From a virus (Duplodnaviria > Heunggongvirae > Uroviricota > Caudoviricetes): 28,568 bases of DNA. Below, piece after piece: positions 1-9,282 of the stretch. Location of the stretch: IMG/VR virus record IMGVR_UViG_3300033075_001761. One strand, given 5' to 3'. Positions within the stretch are counted from its first letter, which is position 1; each line of letters opens with the position of its first letter. The notes beneath the pieces were generated by a model. It did not search any database. It worked only from the letters and a program-made list of their open reading frames with translations, and had not been told where the DNA came from. The translations under genes and the position numbers were made by a program.

Positions 1-2
1 AA

Positions 3-527
3 GCCCGTCAAGAAGACTGGATGATTGAGCATATTAAAAGAAGTTCAATAGATATTACTAGATATAATAAGTCAGATGCCCATAGAGCAGTCGCTAGAAA
101 AATGGGAAATACTGTTGGAATAAAGAATTTAAGAGATCCGGAAATAGCGGCAAGAGCTATCGAGAGTAGCACAAAGCGTATTATCGAAATGAATAAAGAA
201 GATAATCCCATGTGGAGTGATGAAAATAGAAAAATAGTTAGCGAAAAAGCAAAAAAAAGGATGAATGATCCAGTTTTTAAAGAGGCGCACAGGGAGAAAA
301 TAAAGCAGGCTTATAATGACGGTAAATTTGAGCATCTAAAAGTAGCAAGATGGAAAGGCCCGCATAAATATCATGTTTTAAAAGGCAAGAAAAATGAAAA
401 GTGCCCATTCTGTTTTGAAAATCATAAAGTAGTTTCGGTAGAGTTTTTAGGATACGAAGATGTTTATGATATTTCCGTAGAAAAATATAACAACTTTGCA
501 CTATCAGCAGGCGTTGTGGTTCATAAT
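3..527 (+). mobile_element. Intein 1 in terL (C-terminal part only)
   Basis: Ends in a canonical intein C-terminal block HKVVSVEFLGYEDVYDISVEKYNNFALSAGVVVHN followed by Ser+1 (CAT AAT TCT, 522-530). N-terminal splice junction is outside the window. Confidence 0.9.
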
Positions 528-2750
528 TCTCTTAGAGATCTTGCAGGGATTTCAACCGTAGCAATGTCAACATTTTTCAAAGATCCGCAGAAGATTCGAG
601 ACTGTATTGATGAAACAAGAACCCATCCGTTTGTTTGTGCTTCTAATGTAAATGTAAAGGAATGGGATTCATATAGGCCGTATACAATGAATTGGTCTGA
701 GCTTTCCGTTAGAGATAATGATGGAGTTTGGAAGCCGAAGCATTATCCTCATGTGAGAAGGCATGTTCATTTAGACCCAGGACTTACCAATGACGCCTTT
801 GCTATAGCTATTGGATGTATTGCTGGATTAAGAAAAGAAGAAAGAGAATCATCAGAACACAAAACATACATTGATTACCATCCTATTTTTCACATAGATT
901 TTATGCTTAGGATTGTTGGAAAGCCTGGAATGGAAGTTAATTTCCAGAATGTAAGAAATTTTCTTTATACGTTTTGCGATCATGGATTTAGCTTTGGGCT
1001 TATCTCAACAGACACCTTTCAATGTTTGTCTGGAGATACAAAGATTAAGCTTCTAGATGGGCGAGATGCCTCTATGTTAGAACTAGTTAATGAATATGGA
1101 ATGGAAAAAGAATTTTGGGTATATGCTTTTGACGGTAATAGAATAGTTCCAGGTAAAGCTAGGAACGCCAGGAAAACTGGAGAGTTAAGAAAAACATTGA
1201 TAGTAGAGATTGATAATGGAGAACAAGTTAAGTGTACTCCAGAACATCCATGGATGTTGCGAGATGGTTCTTGGCGATTAGCAAAAGATTTAAAGCCAGG
1301 AGACTCTTTGATGCCATTATATAGTAGGGAGTCTGTAAAAAATTCTTCGGCAGCAATGGATGGATATGAGGAAGTTTATCAGCCAATGATTGGTTCTTGG
1401 GAATTAACGCATCGTATGGTTGGTCGGATGTTGTGGAAAAACATTAAAGGGAAAGTCATACATCACAAAGGCAAATGTTTATGTACTAAATGTCGGTACC
1501 CTAATTTTTGTAAGAAAAATAATTCACCAGAATCATTAGAGCTAATGTCTCATGATGATCATAGAAAAATGCATGGAGAGATAGGAAGAACAAGTTTAAA
1601 TAATTTTTGGAAAAAATATAAAAATCTTGAAGAGACTTCCGAAGAAAAAATTCTTTTTAAAGAAAAGCTTAGAAAAAATTTACTGAAAAACAGAGCTTCT
1701 CCAGAAGCTGTAGAAAAGTTAAGAAAAATAGGAACGGAAAGGCTTAATAAAATAAATCAAAAAAGATGGTCAAAAAAAGAAGAAAGACAAAAACAAAGCG
1801 AACGGATTAATAAATGGAACGATGAGCATAAGGGCAGGAATCATCCAAGATGGAAAGCTTTTGATGTAGAAAAAGCAATTGAGTATATTAAATTGTTTAG
1901 AAGCATAGGAAAAGCTGCCAATGCTTTAGGAATGAATAGAAATTGTTTTAGATTAAAGATTAAAGAATATGGATTTTCTACAAAAGATTTATCTAGTTTT
2001 TGTAATAAAAAAAACAATATAAGTAATGATTATGTTATTGAATTATATAAAAATGGTGTGTCACAAAAAGAAATAAGTGCTTATTATAATATAAGTATTT
2101 GTTCTGTAAGAACTAGGATATGTAGATATAAAAAACAAAAAATATTAAATCATAAAGTTAAAAAAATAACCGAAGGACCTATAGAAGATGTCTATGACAT
2201 AGAAGTTGATGAATATCACAATTTCGCGCTGTCTTCTGGAGTATTTGTTCATAATTCAAGAGAGATGTGCCAGGCATTAGAGGCTAATGGGTTTAAAACA
2301 AAGGTTGTTTCTGTAGACGAAAGTAGAGAACCATATGAGTATTTTCAAAGCTCAATTAATAATAAAAGAGTTTCTTATTATAGGCACGAGCATTTCTTGG
2401 ACGAGATCGTAAGGCTTGAGGACAACGGCTTAAAGATCGACCACTTGCCAGGCCGATCAAAAGACATCTGCGATGCAATAGCTGGCGTTGTTTTTACTTT
2501 AAGCCAAACAGAATATTGGAATGAGCCTTTGGTGATTGAAAAGGGAATTGATGTTGATAAAGAGAAATTAAAAACAGATCCGGATATTATATCGTCTCTT
2601 GGCGTTACAAATTTAGCTCCAGGAGAGGACGCTCCAAAGGAAATGATTAAGTTTTATAAAAAGAAGCCAAAAAGTTTGCCGCCTACTTATAATAAAGATA
2701 AAAAATTGGTAACAAATAACGCAATAGATATTTTAATAGATATGGGTTGA
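3..2750 (+). CDS. terL: Terminase large subunit, 5'-truncated, interrupted by two inteins
   Basis: Frame is open to the window edge (no stop upstream of ATG 21). Extein segments show an RNase H-like terminase nuclease (HVHLDPGLTNDAFAIAIG ... STDTFQ|SREM ... IDHLPGRSKDICDAIAG). Lies upstream of a portal gene. Confidence 0.88.
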   Translation, partial: ARQEDWMIEHIKRSSIDITRYNKSDAHRAVARKMGNTVGIKNLRDPEIAARAIESSTKRIIEMNKEDNPMWSDENRKIVSEKAKKRMNDPVFKEAHREKIKQAYNDGKFEHLKVARWKGPHKYHVLKGKKNEKCPFCFENHKVVSVEFLGYEDVYDISVEKYNNFALSAGVVVHNSLRDLAGISTVAMSTFFKDPQKIRDCIDETRTHPFVCASNVNVKEWDSYRPYTMNWSELSVRDNDGVWKPKHYPHVRRHVHLDPGLTNDAFAIAIGCIAGLRKEERESSEHKTYIDYHPIFHIDFMLRIVGKPGMEVNFQNVRNFLYTFCDHGFSFGLISTDTFQCLSGDTKIKLLDGRDASMLELVNEYGMEKEFWVYAFDGNRIVPGKARNARKTGELRKTLIVEIDNGEQVKCTPEHPWMLRDGSWRLAKDLKPGDSLMPLYSRESVKNSSAAMDGYEEVYQPMIGSWELTHRMVGRMLWKNIKGKVIHHKGKCLCTKCRYPNFCKKNNSPESLELMSHDDHRKMHGEIGRTSLNNFWKKYKNLEETSEEKILFKEKLRKNLLKNRASPEAVEKLRKIGTERLNKINQKRWSKKEERQKQSERINKWNDEHKGRNHPRWKAFDVEKAIEYIKLFRSIGKAANALGMNRNCFRLKIKEYGFSTKDLSSFCNKKNNISNDYVIELYKNGVSQKEISAYYNISICSVRTRICRYKKQKILNHKVKKITEGPIEDVYDIEVDEYHNFALSSGVFVHNSREMCQALEANGFKTKVVSVDESREPYEYFQSSINNKRVSYYRHEHFLDEIVRLEDNGLKIDHLPGRSKDICDAIAGVVFTLSQTEYWNEPLVIEKGIDVDKEKLKTDPDIISSLGVTNLAPGEDAPKEMIKFYKKKPKSLPPTYNKDKKLVTNNAIDILIDMG
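1023..2255 (+). mobile_element. Intein 2 in terL (411 aa) with HNH endonuclease and HTH-like segments
   Basis: Starts CLSGDTKIKLLDG after TDTFQ; block B KCTPEHPW; HNH-type IHH...NNSPESLELMSHDDH; ends VYDIEVDEYHNFALSSGVFVHN|S. Confidence 0.93.
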
Positions 2751-2753
2751 AAC

Positions 2754-3059
2754 ATGGAAAATTCAAAAAAGATTTTTGTCAGTAATCTTTCTTATTCTTT
2801 GACAGAGCAGGATGTCGATGATTTTTTTGGAATGGCTGGACAAGTCGTTTCTTCAAAAATCATTAGAGACAAGGTTACAGGGGAGTCTAGGGGTTTTGCT
2901 TTTATCGAGATGTATAACGAAGAACAGGCTCAAAAGTCAGTCAATCAGTTGAACGGACTTTCTCTTAAGGGCAGGGTTGTAAAGGTTAATTTTGCAAAGC
3001 CAAGAGATGAGCATTTGGAGTCAATTTCGCAACGTAAGTTGCTGCTAGAAGTTAAATGA
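2754..3059 (+). CDS. RRM (RNP-1/RNP-2) RNA-binding protein
   Basis: RNP-2 KIFVSNL, RNP-1 RGFAFIEM and C-terminal LNG..L.GR.VKVNFAKPR, typical of single-domain bacterial RRM proteins. Confidence 0.92.
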   Translation: MENSKKIFVSNLSYSLTEQDVDDFFGMAGQVVSSKIIRDKVTGESRGFAFIEMYNEEQAQKSVNQLNGLSLKGRVVKVNFAKPRDEHLESISQRKLLLEVK

Positions 3060-3364
3060 TTAAGGTCTATTTTAGAGAAGCTCAATACAAAGACGTTATC
3101 GATAAAATAGAAGCCGCATTTCCAAATAGCAAAAAAATAAGTCAAATGTTTGATTTCGTAAGGGACGATTTTGGGTTTTCTTTGAACCTTAAGAAATCAG
3201 GAACAGAGCGCACTTCTTTTTTATTCAGATTAGACAGGACAGTGGCCTACATATATGTTTTCGAGAGATTGAGAACAGTGGCCAAAGAAGACATCACTGA
3301 TTTGAACCGTATTCAATCACTTATTACTAAGTTTATGGTATCTTTGGGTGGATTCCAAAAATAA
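3056..3364 (+). CDS. Hypothetical protein (102 aa)
   Basis: ATGA overlap with the RRM gene stop; fills the gap to the portal gene. Confidence 0.7.
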   Translation: MIKVYFREAQYKDVIDKIEAAFPNSKKISQMFDFVRDDFGFSLNLKKSGTERTSFLFRLDRTVAYIYVFERLRTVAKEDITDLNRIQSLITKFMVSLGGFQK

Positions 3365-3375
3365 CAGATCTCAAG

Positions 3376-5001
3376 GTGGAATACATGAGTTTTGCTTCAA
3401 ATTCTCTCAGATTGATCCGTTCGTTTTTTGACAAACAGAACAAATATAATGAGCCATACGATCCTTTTGAGACCAATAGGCTTTCAAATATGTACCAATG
3501 GGGAGTTGGGCCAGAAACTCATTCTTCTTTGAATGTTTGGAAAGATACACAGCTATCTCAAGATTTGCAGTCTAGATATGTAGATTACACAGAGATGCAA
3601 TATTACCCAGAAGTAGGAGCTGCGCTAGAGATTTTTTCTGATGAGGCAACAAGGATTGATACTTTAAAAAACAGATCGATTTGGGTAGAGAGCGAAAATG
3701 AGTCTTTGCAAGAAGCTTTGAACTACACAATGCACAATATCCTAAGGGTTGAGTCATCGATTTGGGACACTGTTTATACAGTATGCGCCATGGGCGATGC
3801 CTATCAAGAATTGATTGTAGAAGACAGAATAGGTGTTGTTAAGCTTATTGATCATCCGGCGCCTCTTGTTCGCGTAATGGCGTCCAGAGACGGCGTTGTT
3901 TATGGGTATCTAAGAGACGATACAATGGCATTTGACGGAATTTCTACAGAGTCTTTTTTGAAGAGGATGAATGGAGAATATACTGGACCAAATGATTCTT
4001 TAAAAACATTTGAGCCATGGGAAATTGCACATTTTAAGATTCAGACAGGAAATGTTGATCAGGTGTATGGGCGGTCAATTGTAGACCCAGCTAGATATGC
4101 TTGGAAGCGTCTTACAATGATTGAAGATGCTATGGTTTTGTTCAAGCTTACGCGGAGTCCACAAAGGTATGTTTTTTATGTAGACGTAGGGGATATCCCT
4201 CCAAACGAAGCTAGAGCGACTCTTGAAAAAGTTAAGCATGATTTTAAAAAACAAAAAGTGTTCGATAGTTCGGGCCAGCTTTCCAGCAAGGCAACGATCC
4301 TTTCTCAAACAGATGATTTCTTTATTGCCAAAAGAAAAGGAGAGAGAACAAGCGAAATTGATATTTTGGCAGGACTTGATGGCCAGTCCGTTGATGATGC
4401 CGAGTATTTCCGTAGTAAGCTTATTTCTGCTTTAAAGATTCCAAAAGCGTATCTTGGGTATGACGAAACTGTTTCCAGGAGCAACATCGGACAGCAAGAT
4501 ATCCGATTGGCAAAAACGGTTATGCGTATCCAACGGGTTATTAAAGAAGGATGGAGACATATCCTTCAAATCGATTTGGCAGCAAAAAACGTAGACCCTG
4601 ATAAAGTAAGTTTTGAAATTAAGATGGCAGTTCCGAGCGGAGCTCTTGAAATAGCCCAAATTGAAGTTGAGAAAGCCAAGGTCGATTTGGCAGCGCAGTA
4701 TCAATCGCAAAATTTTTCCGAGCATTTTATTTGGAGTAAGATCCTTGGCGTTTCTGACGAGGACATCCTTAAGATCAGAGGCCAAAGGGCTTTGGAGTCC
4801 GCTGGCGGAGATGCTACGCAACAACCTGAAGCCACTAGCCAACCCGTTGAGTCTAGAAGCCAGTCAAAAAAAGAACTCGAATTGCAGCAGCAAATTACGG
4901 AAAACATGGAAAAAGGGACCGACGAGTTGCATTCAAGACTTAGAGAACTTCGCGGATTAGTGAACGAAATGCGCCATGGACTTAGAAAAAAGTCTAAGTG
5001 A
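3376..5001 (+). CDS. gp20: Portal protein, T4 gp20-like
   Basis: YTEMQYYPEVGAALE and LTMIEDAMVLFKLTRSPQRYVFYVDVGDIP match gp20-family motifs (LEDA.VIYR..RAPERR.FY.DVG); FFIAKRKGE..SEIDILAG. Start may be ATG 3385. Confidence 0.92.
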   Translation: MEYMSFASNSLRLIRSFFDKQNKYNEPYDPFETNRLSNMYQWGVGPETHSSLNVWKDTQLSQDLQSRYVDYTEMQYYPEVGAALEIFSDEATRIDTLKNRSIWVESENESLQEALNYTMHNILRVESSIWDTVYTVCAMGDAYQELIVEDRIGVVKLIDHPAPLVRVMASRDGVVYGYLRDDTMAFDGISTESFLKRMNGEYTGPNDSLKTFEPWEIAHFKIQTGNVDQVYGRSIVDPARYAWKRLTMIEDAMVLFKLTRSPQRYVFYVDVGDIPPNEARATLEKVKHDFKKQKVFDSSGQLSSKATILSQTDDFFIAKRKGERTSEIDILAGLDGQSVDDAEYFRSKLISALKIPKAYLGYDETVSRSNIGQQDIRLAKTVMRIQRVIKEGWRHILQIDLAAKNVDPDKVSFEIKMAVPSGALEIAQIEVEKAKVDLAAQYQSQNFSEHFIWSKILGVSDEDILKIRGQRALESAGGDATQQPEATSQPVESRSQSKKELELQQQITENMEKGTDELHSRLRELRGLVNEMRHGLRKKSK

Positions 5002-5007
5002 TTAGAC
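4992..5007. repeat. Palindrome copy 1: GTCTAA-GTGA-TTAGAC
   Basis: Exact half-sites; spans the portal stop codon; centre reads TCAC on the minus strand. Confidence 0.85.
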
Positions 5008-5020
5008 AAAAGGAGAGATT

Positions 5021-5341
5021 ATGACTGTAGTTCGGAATCCAATGAATCCAAATTTTTTTGTAGAATCTAAAGAAGCCATCATTCCAATTGGTCCTTACGA
5101 GGTTCAATATGAGATTGACGGAAATAAAATTAAAGAAAAAGTTTTCGTGTTAGTCAAAAAGATACCAGACGCTCCTTCTGGAGAGCCGCCAGAGGATTCT
5201 CCTGTTGAAATCATAGAAATTCATGATTTCAACGGAAAAAGGCATGAACAAGAAGACGAAATTATTGGCGCTCTTTGGGAAGATCCTAAGTTCGGGCTGT
5301 TTGCTTTAGATGCTTTAGATAAAGATCTTGATGGGGTATGA
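5021..5341 (+). CDS. Hypothetical acidic protein (106 aa)
   Basis: AGGAG Shine-Dalgarno before ATG; co-oriented after portal. Confidence 0.75.
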   Translation: MTVVRNPMNPNFFVESKEAIIPIGPYEVQYEIDGNKIKEKVFVLVKKIPDAPSGEPPEDSPVEIIEIHDFNGKRHEQEDEIIGALWEDPKFGLFALDALDKDLDGV

Positions 5342-5374
5342 TTTTACTAAATTAAATATGTGAGGGATTTGTTT

Positions 5375-8300
5375 ATGATTAAGCAGTTTTCGCGTTTAAC
5401 CACTTTGGCCGAAGACCTTCAAGAGCTTGGCATTGTGTCAAAAGACATTGGCTTTGGCTTTTCAGTAAATGAAAACGGAGAAGTTGTTGACATGGCTGTT
5501 CAGCATAAAGTTGAGCAAGCAAAGCTTTGTGAACAAAAAAGAGCAGAATCTATTAAAGCAATTTTTGAATCTACGCCAAAGCATTTCCGTTTTGAAAAGA
5601 AAGACGGAACTCATCAGGTTATCGTTGAAAACGATGAAGGTGATATTGAAGCAATTGTTCTTGAACAAACAAGCCAAGAGCGCCTTGAAAAGCTCCAAGC
5701 AAAAGTCCTTGTAGAGAGCGTTAAAGCAGAATCTACTTTAACAGAGCAAAAAAAAACTGACTCAGAAGAAGATTATGAGTCTGATACAGGAATCGAAGAA
5801 GGGCTTGCCAGGGTCCGCTTGAAGAGAATGACACCTGCGGCAAGGGCTAAAGCGCGACGTTCTTACAGGGCTAAGAAAAGCGTAATTAAGCGTGCAAGGA
5901 AGAAGGTTCGTCGTACATCTAAGTTTAAACGCCGTTCAAAGCTTCTTAAGCGTTTGAAGAGAGGGAAGTCGGCAGGTCCTCGGCGTCGTTTCATACTTAA
6001 AATGGGAATTGAGCAGGCGTCTAATTTGCTAGAGCAAACAAAGAGTTTTGGCTTTTTGATGGAAGCTAAAGAAGTTCAGTTTGCAGATCTTTTGGAAGGC
6101 ATTAAAGAGGCTTCTCTTTCTTTGGCAGATGCTTTGGATGAAGCTGACGCATTCATGATTACCGTAGACGATCTTGATACAGATCAAGGCGAAGAAGGAT
6201 ATGATTGGATTGATGCAAATCAAGACGGAGAGTATGAGCCAGAAGAACAGGAAGACGAAGAAGAGTGCGAAGATTGTGATGATGAGTGCAAATGGCTTGA
6301 CGTATGTGAGTCCAAGGAACTTAGAAGGCTTGCAGAAGATGCCGAGGCGGCATTCAAAGATCTAAGCAAAGGAATTAACACACCAGAAGAGATGAAAAAA
6401 ATCATCACTGCTATGGTCCAATATCTTGGCGGAGCCTTGGAGACATATACGGCTCTTGCACAGGAAATTAAAGATTACGTTGGAAAAACAGAAGAGCCCG
6501 CGATGACAGAAGGAGAGGTTAAGTCTCCTAAAGTTGAAGCAGAACAGGTTGGAGAAGGTGCGCCAAAAGAAGTTGAGCAATCTGTTAAACCTGAAAAAGT
6601 AGAAGCTCCAGTGCTTGGGAAAGATTCTAAGCTTGATGGAGTTGAACAAAAAGTAGTTGCTTCAGCAGAGCATGGAAAAGAAGTTGGAACGACTTCCGAG
6701 CTAGAGAAAGAACTGCCGATTACAGAGTCCGCTTCCAAGAAAAAAGAAGAATGGATGATTATTGATTGGGCTTCTAACGTAATGTTTAATGGTAAAAAAT
6801 GGCCTTCTTTTGATGATGCCGAAGAATTCCTTGCTGAATTTCTTGATGAGAAATACGAAGAAGATCGTGGAGAATACGACATTATACCTGTAGGTTCGGT
6901 TAAGAATGTTCGTCATGGCAATTATATTGATCCTAAAGATCCTCGTTCTGGAACAAAGAAAGTTGTTGTTAAAGAATCGAAGGGATATAAAAATTTGGAT
7001 AAGTTTTTCGATGCTTATTTGAAACATCTAGAAGCATCTATTGAAAAAACCCCAGAGAAGTACGGATATCCTAAAGAGAAGGCAAAGTCTTTTGTAGAAA
7101 AAGTGAAAAAGTCTGTTTCTGAAATCGGTATTCAAGGAGTGAATATCGATAGTGAAGCATTTAAAAAGACGGCAAAAGAGTTTGGAATTAAGCCAACGTA
7201 TAAAGCAATTGAAGAATTTCTTGTTGGCGCCATGAAAGAATCAAAGCTTTCACAGCGTATGAAGCTCAATGAGTCTGTATCTAAAAGTGTAGTTGATAGT
7301 TATTTAGAAACAGCACTTTGGTCGTCTACAGATGACGAAGGAGAGCCATTAGATAGTAAGTATTCAATTACGGATTTCAGTAAAAAATCTATAGAAAAAG
7401 CCGAAAAGGAACTGGCAGAGTTCTTTGAAATGGCAAGAGAAGAAGTTGGAACTGAGGCATGGGACGAACTTGAAGCAACTCAAGTAGCACATGACTTTTG
7501 GCTAACACGTAATGGCCATGGAGCTGGATTTTGGGATGGCGACTATGAAAAATCTGTTGGTCAAAAGCTAACAAAACTTTCAGAAAAGTTCCCAGAGCGT
7601 AATGTTTTTGCAGGAGATGATGAAGACGAACACATCGTTTATATTGAAGAATATCTTGGCAAAGGTGAGCCAAAACCAGAAGGCGAAAAGCCAGAGGCAG
7701 AGAAAATTGACGATAAAGAGCGCGTAGGAAAAAAGACTGAAAAATATACAACTCAAAAAGTGATTGAAGAGCAGGAAGAAGTAGAAGATCAATTTGAGAT
7801 TGTAGATATGGGATGGGATAACATTTCTTATTTTCCAGGATTTGGAACTCACGGAACAAAGTTCGACATCGCTGTCTACGATGTTGGCGGAAGCGCAGAG
7901 GATGCGGCAGAACAGTTGATGCAACGAGTTTGGGAAACAGAAGCTTCCGACGAAGTTAAAGAATCCATTGTGGCCGAGCTTAAGGATTTAATTAAAAAAG
8001 CTGGAACCAAGGCCAAAGAAACAAGCCTTGTTGGAGTTCAGGGAAGTTTTTCTGTTGCAGGTAAAGAGCTTCATTTGAATGAAGTAGAAGCTACAGACTA
8101 TGGAGAGTATGGAGTCTCTTCAAAAATTGAAATTGAGAAAGTAGGCGATAATCTAGAATTTAAAGCAATTGCGCCAGATCATTTAAGCGCCGCAGAAGAT
8201 CTTGAAGCTGAAATAAAGAGCCAAGGGTATTCGTTGAGCGAAGAAGATTCCGAGGCAATCTTTAAGCTGGCCAACAGGCATCAGGACAACCAAGAATGGT

Positions 8301-9211
8301 ATTATCACATTGGATTTAGAGCCAAAGAAGAAGAGCCTACAAAACCATCTGGAAAGACTGAAGAAAAAAAAGAGTTGTGGAAGATGACTAAAGCCGAGTA
8401 TGAAAAACAGCATGGAAAGCCAAAGGAAAACACAACGGTTACTGGAGGTTTTTCTGCACACAAGAGTGCTGTTGAGATTGCTAAAAACAAGGGATTGGAT
8501 GTGCCAAAAGAAGTGTTGGCAGATTATCCAGAATTAATGGAGGAATCCGTGGAAGAAGAAAAGATCGTATCAGAATTAGTAAAAAAGTTCGGAGAAGAAT
8601 TTAAAGAAGAGATTGAAGAGTCTTTTAAAGAAACTGGAACCAACAGTTTTGAATTTACTGCTGATGGCGATGACTATGAAGGCTATGACTCAGAAAAGTG
8701 GGCTGAAGATCGCGCAATTGATTATGTGCAAGAGATGTTAGAAGACGAGCCTTGGGAGATGTTCAGCAAAGATTTCTTGATGAGTCATGTTTATGTTGGT
8801 CCAACAGATATTCGGATCATGGCTTCCGAAGAAGCTGACAACGCTCTTGAAGGAATGAGTCCAGAAGATCTTGTTAAAGAATCTAGCGTTTCTGATGAAT
8901 GGGATGATGCTTTTGATAAAGATAATGAAAAAGAAATGGCTCGCCTTGAAAAGATCGCCGAAGAAGAGTTCATCGAGAAGAAATATGAAGAGGTTTCTGA
9001 AGCTTTAAAGAAAGACCCTGTAGGGTACTTTGAAGATATTGGTGGAGAAGAGATGGTTAAGGCAATGATTAAGAAGAATTTCCTAAGCATAGACGAGAAA
9101 AAAGCTGCTGAAGACGCAGTGCGAACAGATGGTTGGGTTCATTTTCTTAACAGATATGATTCTGAATACGAAGAGCTTCCAAGTGGAGCGGTGTACTTTC
9201 GTCAGGGATAA
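5375..9211 (+). CDS. Large acidic multidomain protein, putative prohead core / internal head polyprotein
   Basis: ~1280 aa, very E/D-rich, with a 60-aa K/R-rich segment recalling T4 gp68; sits where T4 has 67/68. ATG 5375 has a GAGGG SD (ORF track starts at GTG 5360). Function is inferred. Confidence 0.65.
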   Translation: MIKQFSRLTTLAEDLQELGIVSKDIGFGFSVNENGEVVDMAVQHKVEQAKLCEQKRAESIKAIFESTPKHFRFEKKDGTHQVIVENDEGDIEAIVLEQTSQERLEKLQAKVLVESVKAESTLTEQKKTDSEEDYESDTGIEEGLARVRLKRMTPAARAKARRSYRAKKSVIKRARKKVRRTSKFKRRSKLLKRLKRGKSAGPRRRFILKMGIEQASNLLEQTKSFGFLMEAKEVQFADLLEGIKEASLSLADALDEADAFMITVDDLDTDQGEEGYDWIDANQDGEYEPEEQEDEEECEDCDDECKWLDVCESKELRRLAEDAEAAFKDLSKGINTPEEMKKIITAMVQYLGGALETYTALAQEIKDYVGKTEEPAMTEGEVKSPKVEAEQVGEGAPKEVEQSVKPEKVEAPVLGKDSKLDGVEQKVVASAEHGKEVGTTSELEKELPITESASKKKEEWMIIDWASNVMFNGKKWPSFDDAEEFLAEFLDEKYEEDRGEYDIIPVGSVKNVRHGNYIDPKDPRSGTKKVVVKESKGYKNLDKFFDAYLKHLEASIEKTPEKYGYPKEKAKSFVEKVKKSVSEIGIQGVNIDSEAFKKTAKEFGIKPTYKAIEEFLVGAMKESKLSQRMKLNESVSKSVVDSYLETALWSSTDDEGEPLDSKYSITDFSKKSIEKAEKELAEFFEMAREEVGTEAWDELEATQVAHDFWLTRNGHGAGFWDGDYEKSVGQKLTKLSEKFPERNVFAGDDEDEHIVYIEEYLGKGEPKPEGEKPEAEKIDDKERVGKKTEKYTTQKVIEEQEEVEDQFEIVDMGWDNISYFPGFGTHGTKFDIAVYDVGGSAEDAAEQLMQRVWETEASDEVKESIVAELKDLIKKAGTKAKETSLVGVQGSFSVAGKELHLNEVEATDYGEYGVSSKIEIEKVGDNLEFKAIAPDHLSAAEDLEAEIKSQGYSLSEEDSEAIFKLANRHQDNQEWYYHIGFRAKEEEPTKPSGKTEEKKELWKMTKAEYEKQHGKPKENTTVTGGFSAHKSAVEIAKNKGLDVPKEVLADYPELMEESVEEEKIVSELVKKFGEEFKEEIEESFKETGTNSFEFTADGDDYEGYDSEKWAEDRAIDYVQEMLEDEPWEMFSKDFLMSHVYVGPTDIRIMASEEADNALEGMSPEDLVKESSVSDEWDDAFDKDNEKEMARLEKIAEEEFIEKKYEEVSEALKKDPVGYFEDIGGEEMVKAMIKKNFLSIDEKKAAEDAVRTDGWVHFLNRYDSEYEELPSGAVYFRQG

Positions 9212-9212
9212 A

Positions 9213-9228
9213 GTCTAATCAGTTAGAC
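9213..9228. repeat. Palindrome copy 2: GTCTAA-TCAG-TTAGAC
   Basis: Exact half-sites, one base after the TAA (9209-9211) of the large protein gene. Confidence 0.85.
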
Positions 9229-9233
9229 TAATG

Positions 9234-9266
9234 AGCCGCCGTCTTTTAAAGGATAGGCGGCTTTTT
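9234..9266 (+). terminator. Rho-independent terminator
   Basis: AGCCGCC ... GGCGGCT stem followed by a T run, just after the 5375-9211 gene. Confidence 0.8.
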
Positions 9267-9282
9267 AATTTCAAGGGTTTTT

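Noticed and set aside
3570-3585. GTCTAG-ATAT-GTAGAT as a palindrome copy
   Set aside because: Three mismatches; chance level.
6019-6034. GTCTAA-TTTG-CTAGAG as an eighth palindrome copy
   Set aside because: Two half-site mismatches and no TC centre; about two such hits are expected by chance by my estimate.
4432-8490. Numerous 60-156 aa ORFs nested in or antisense to the portal and large acidic genes
   Set aside because: Fully overlapped by long well-supported genes; F/S/L-rich composition typical of antisense reading of E/K-rich sequence.
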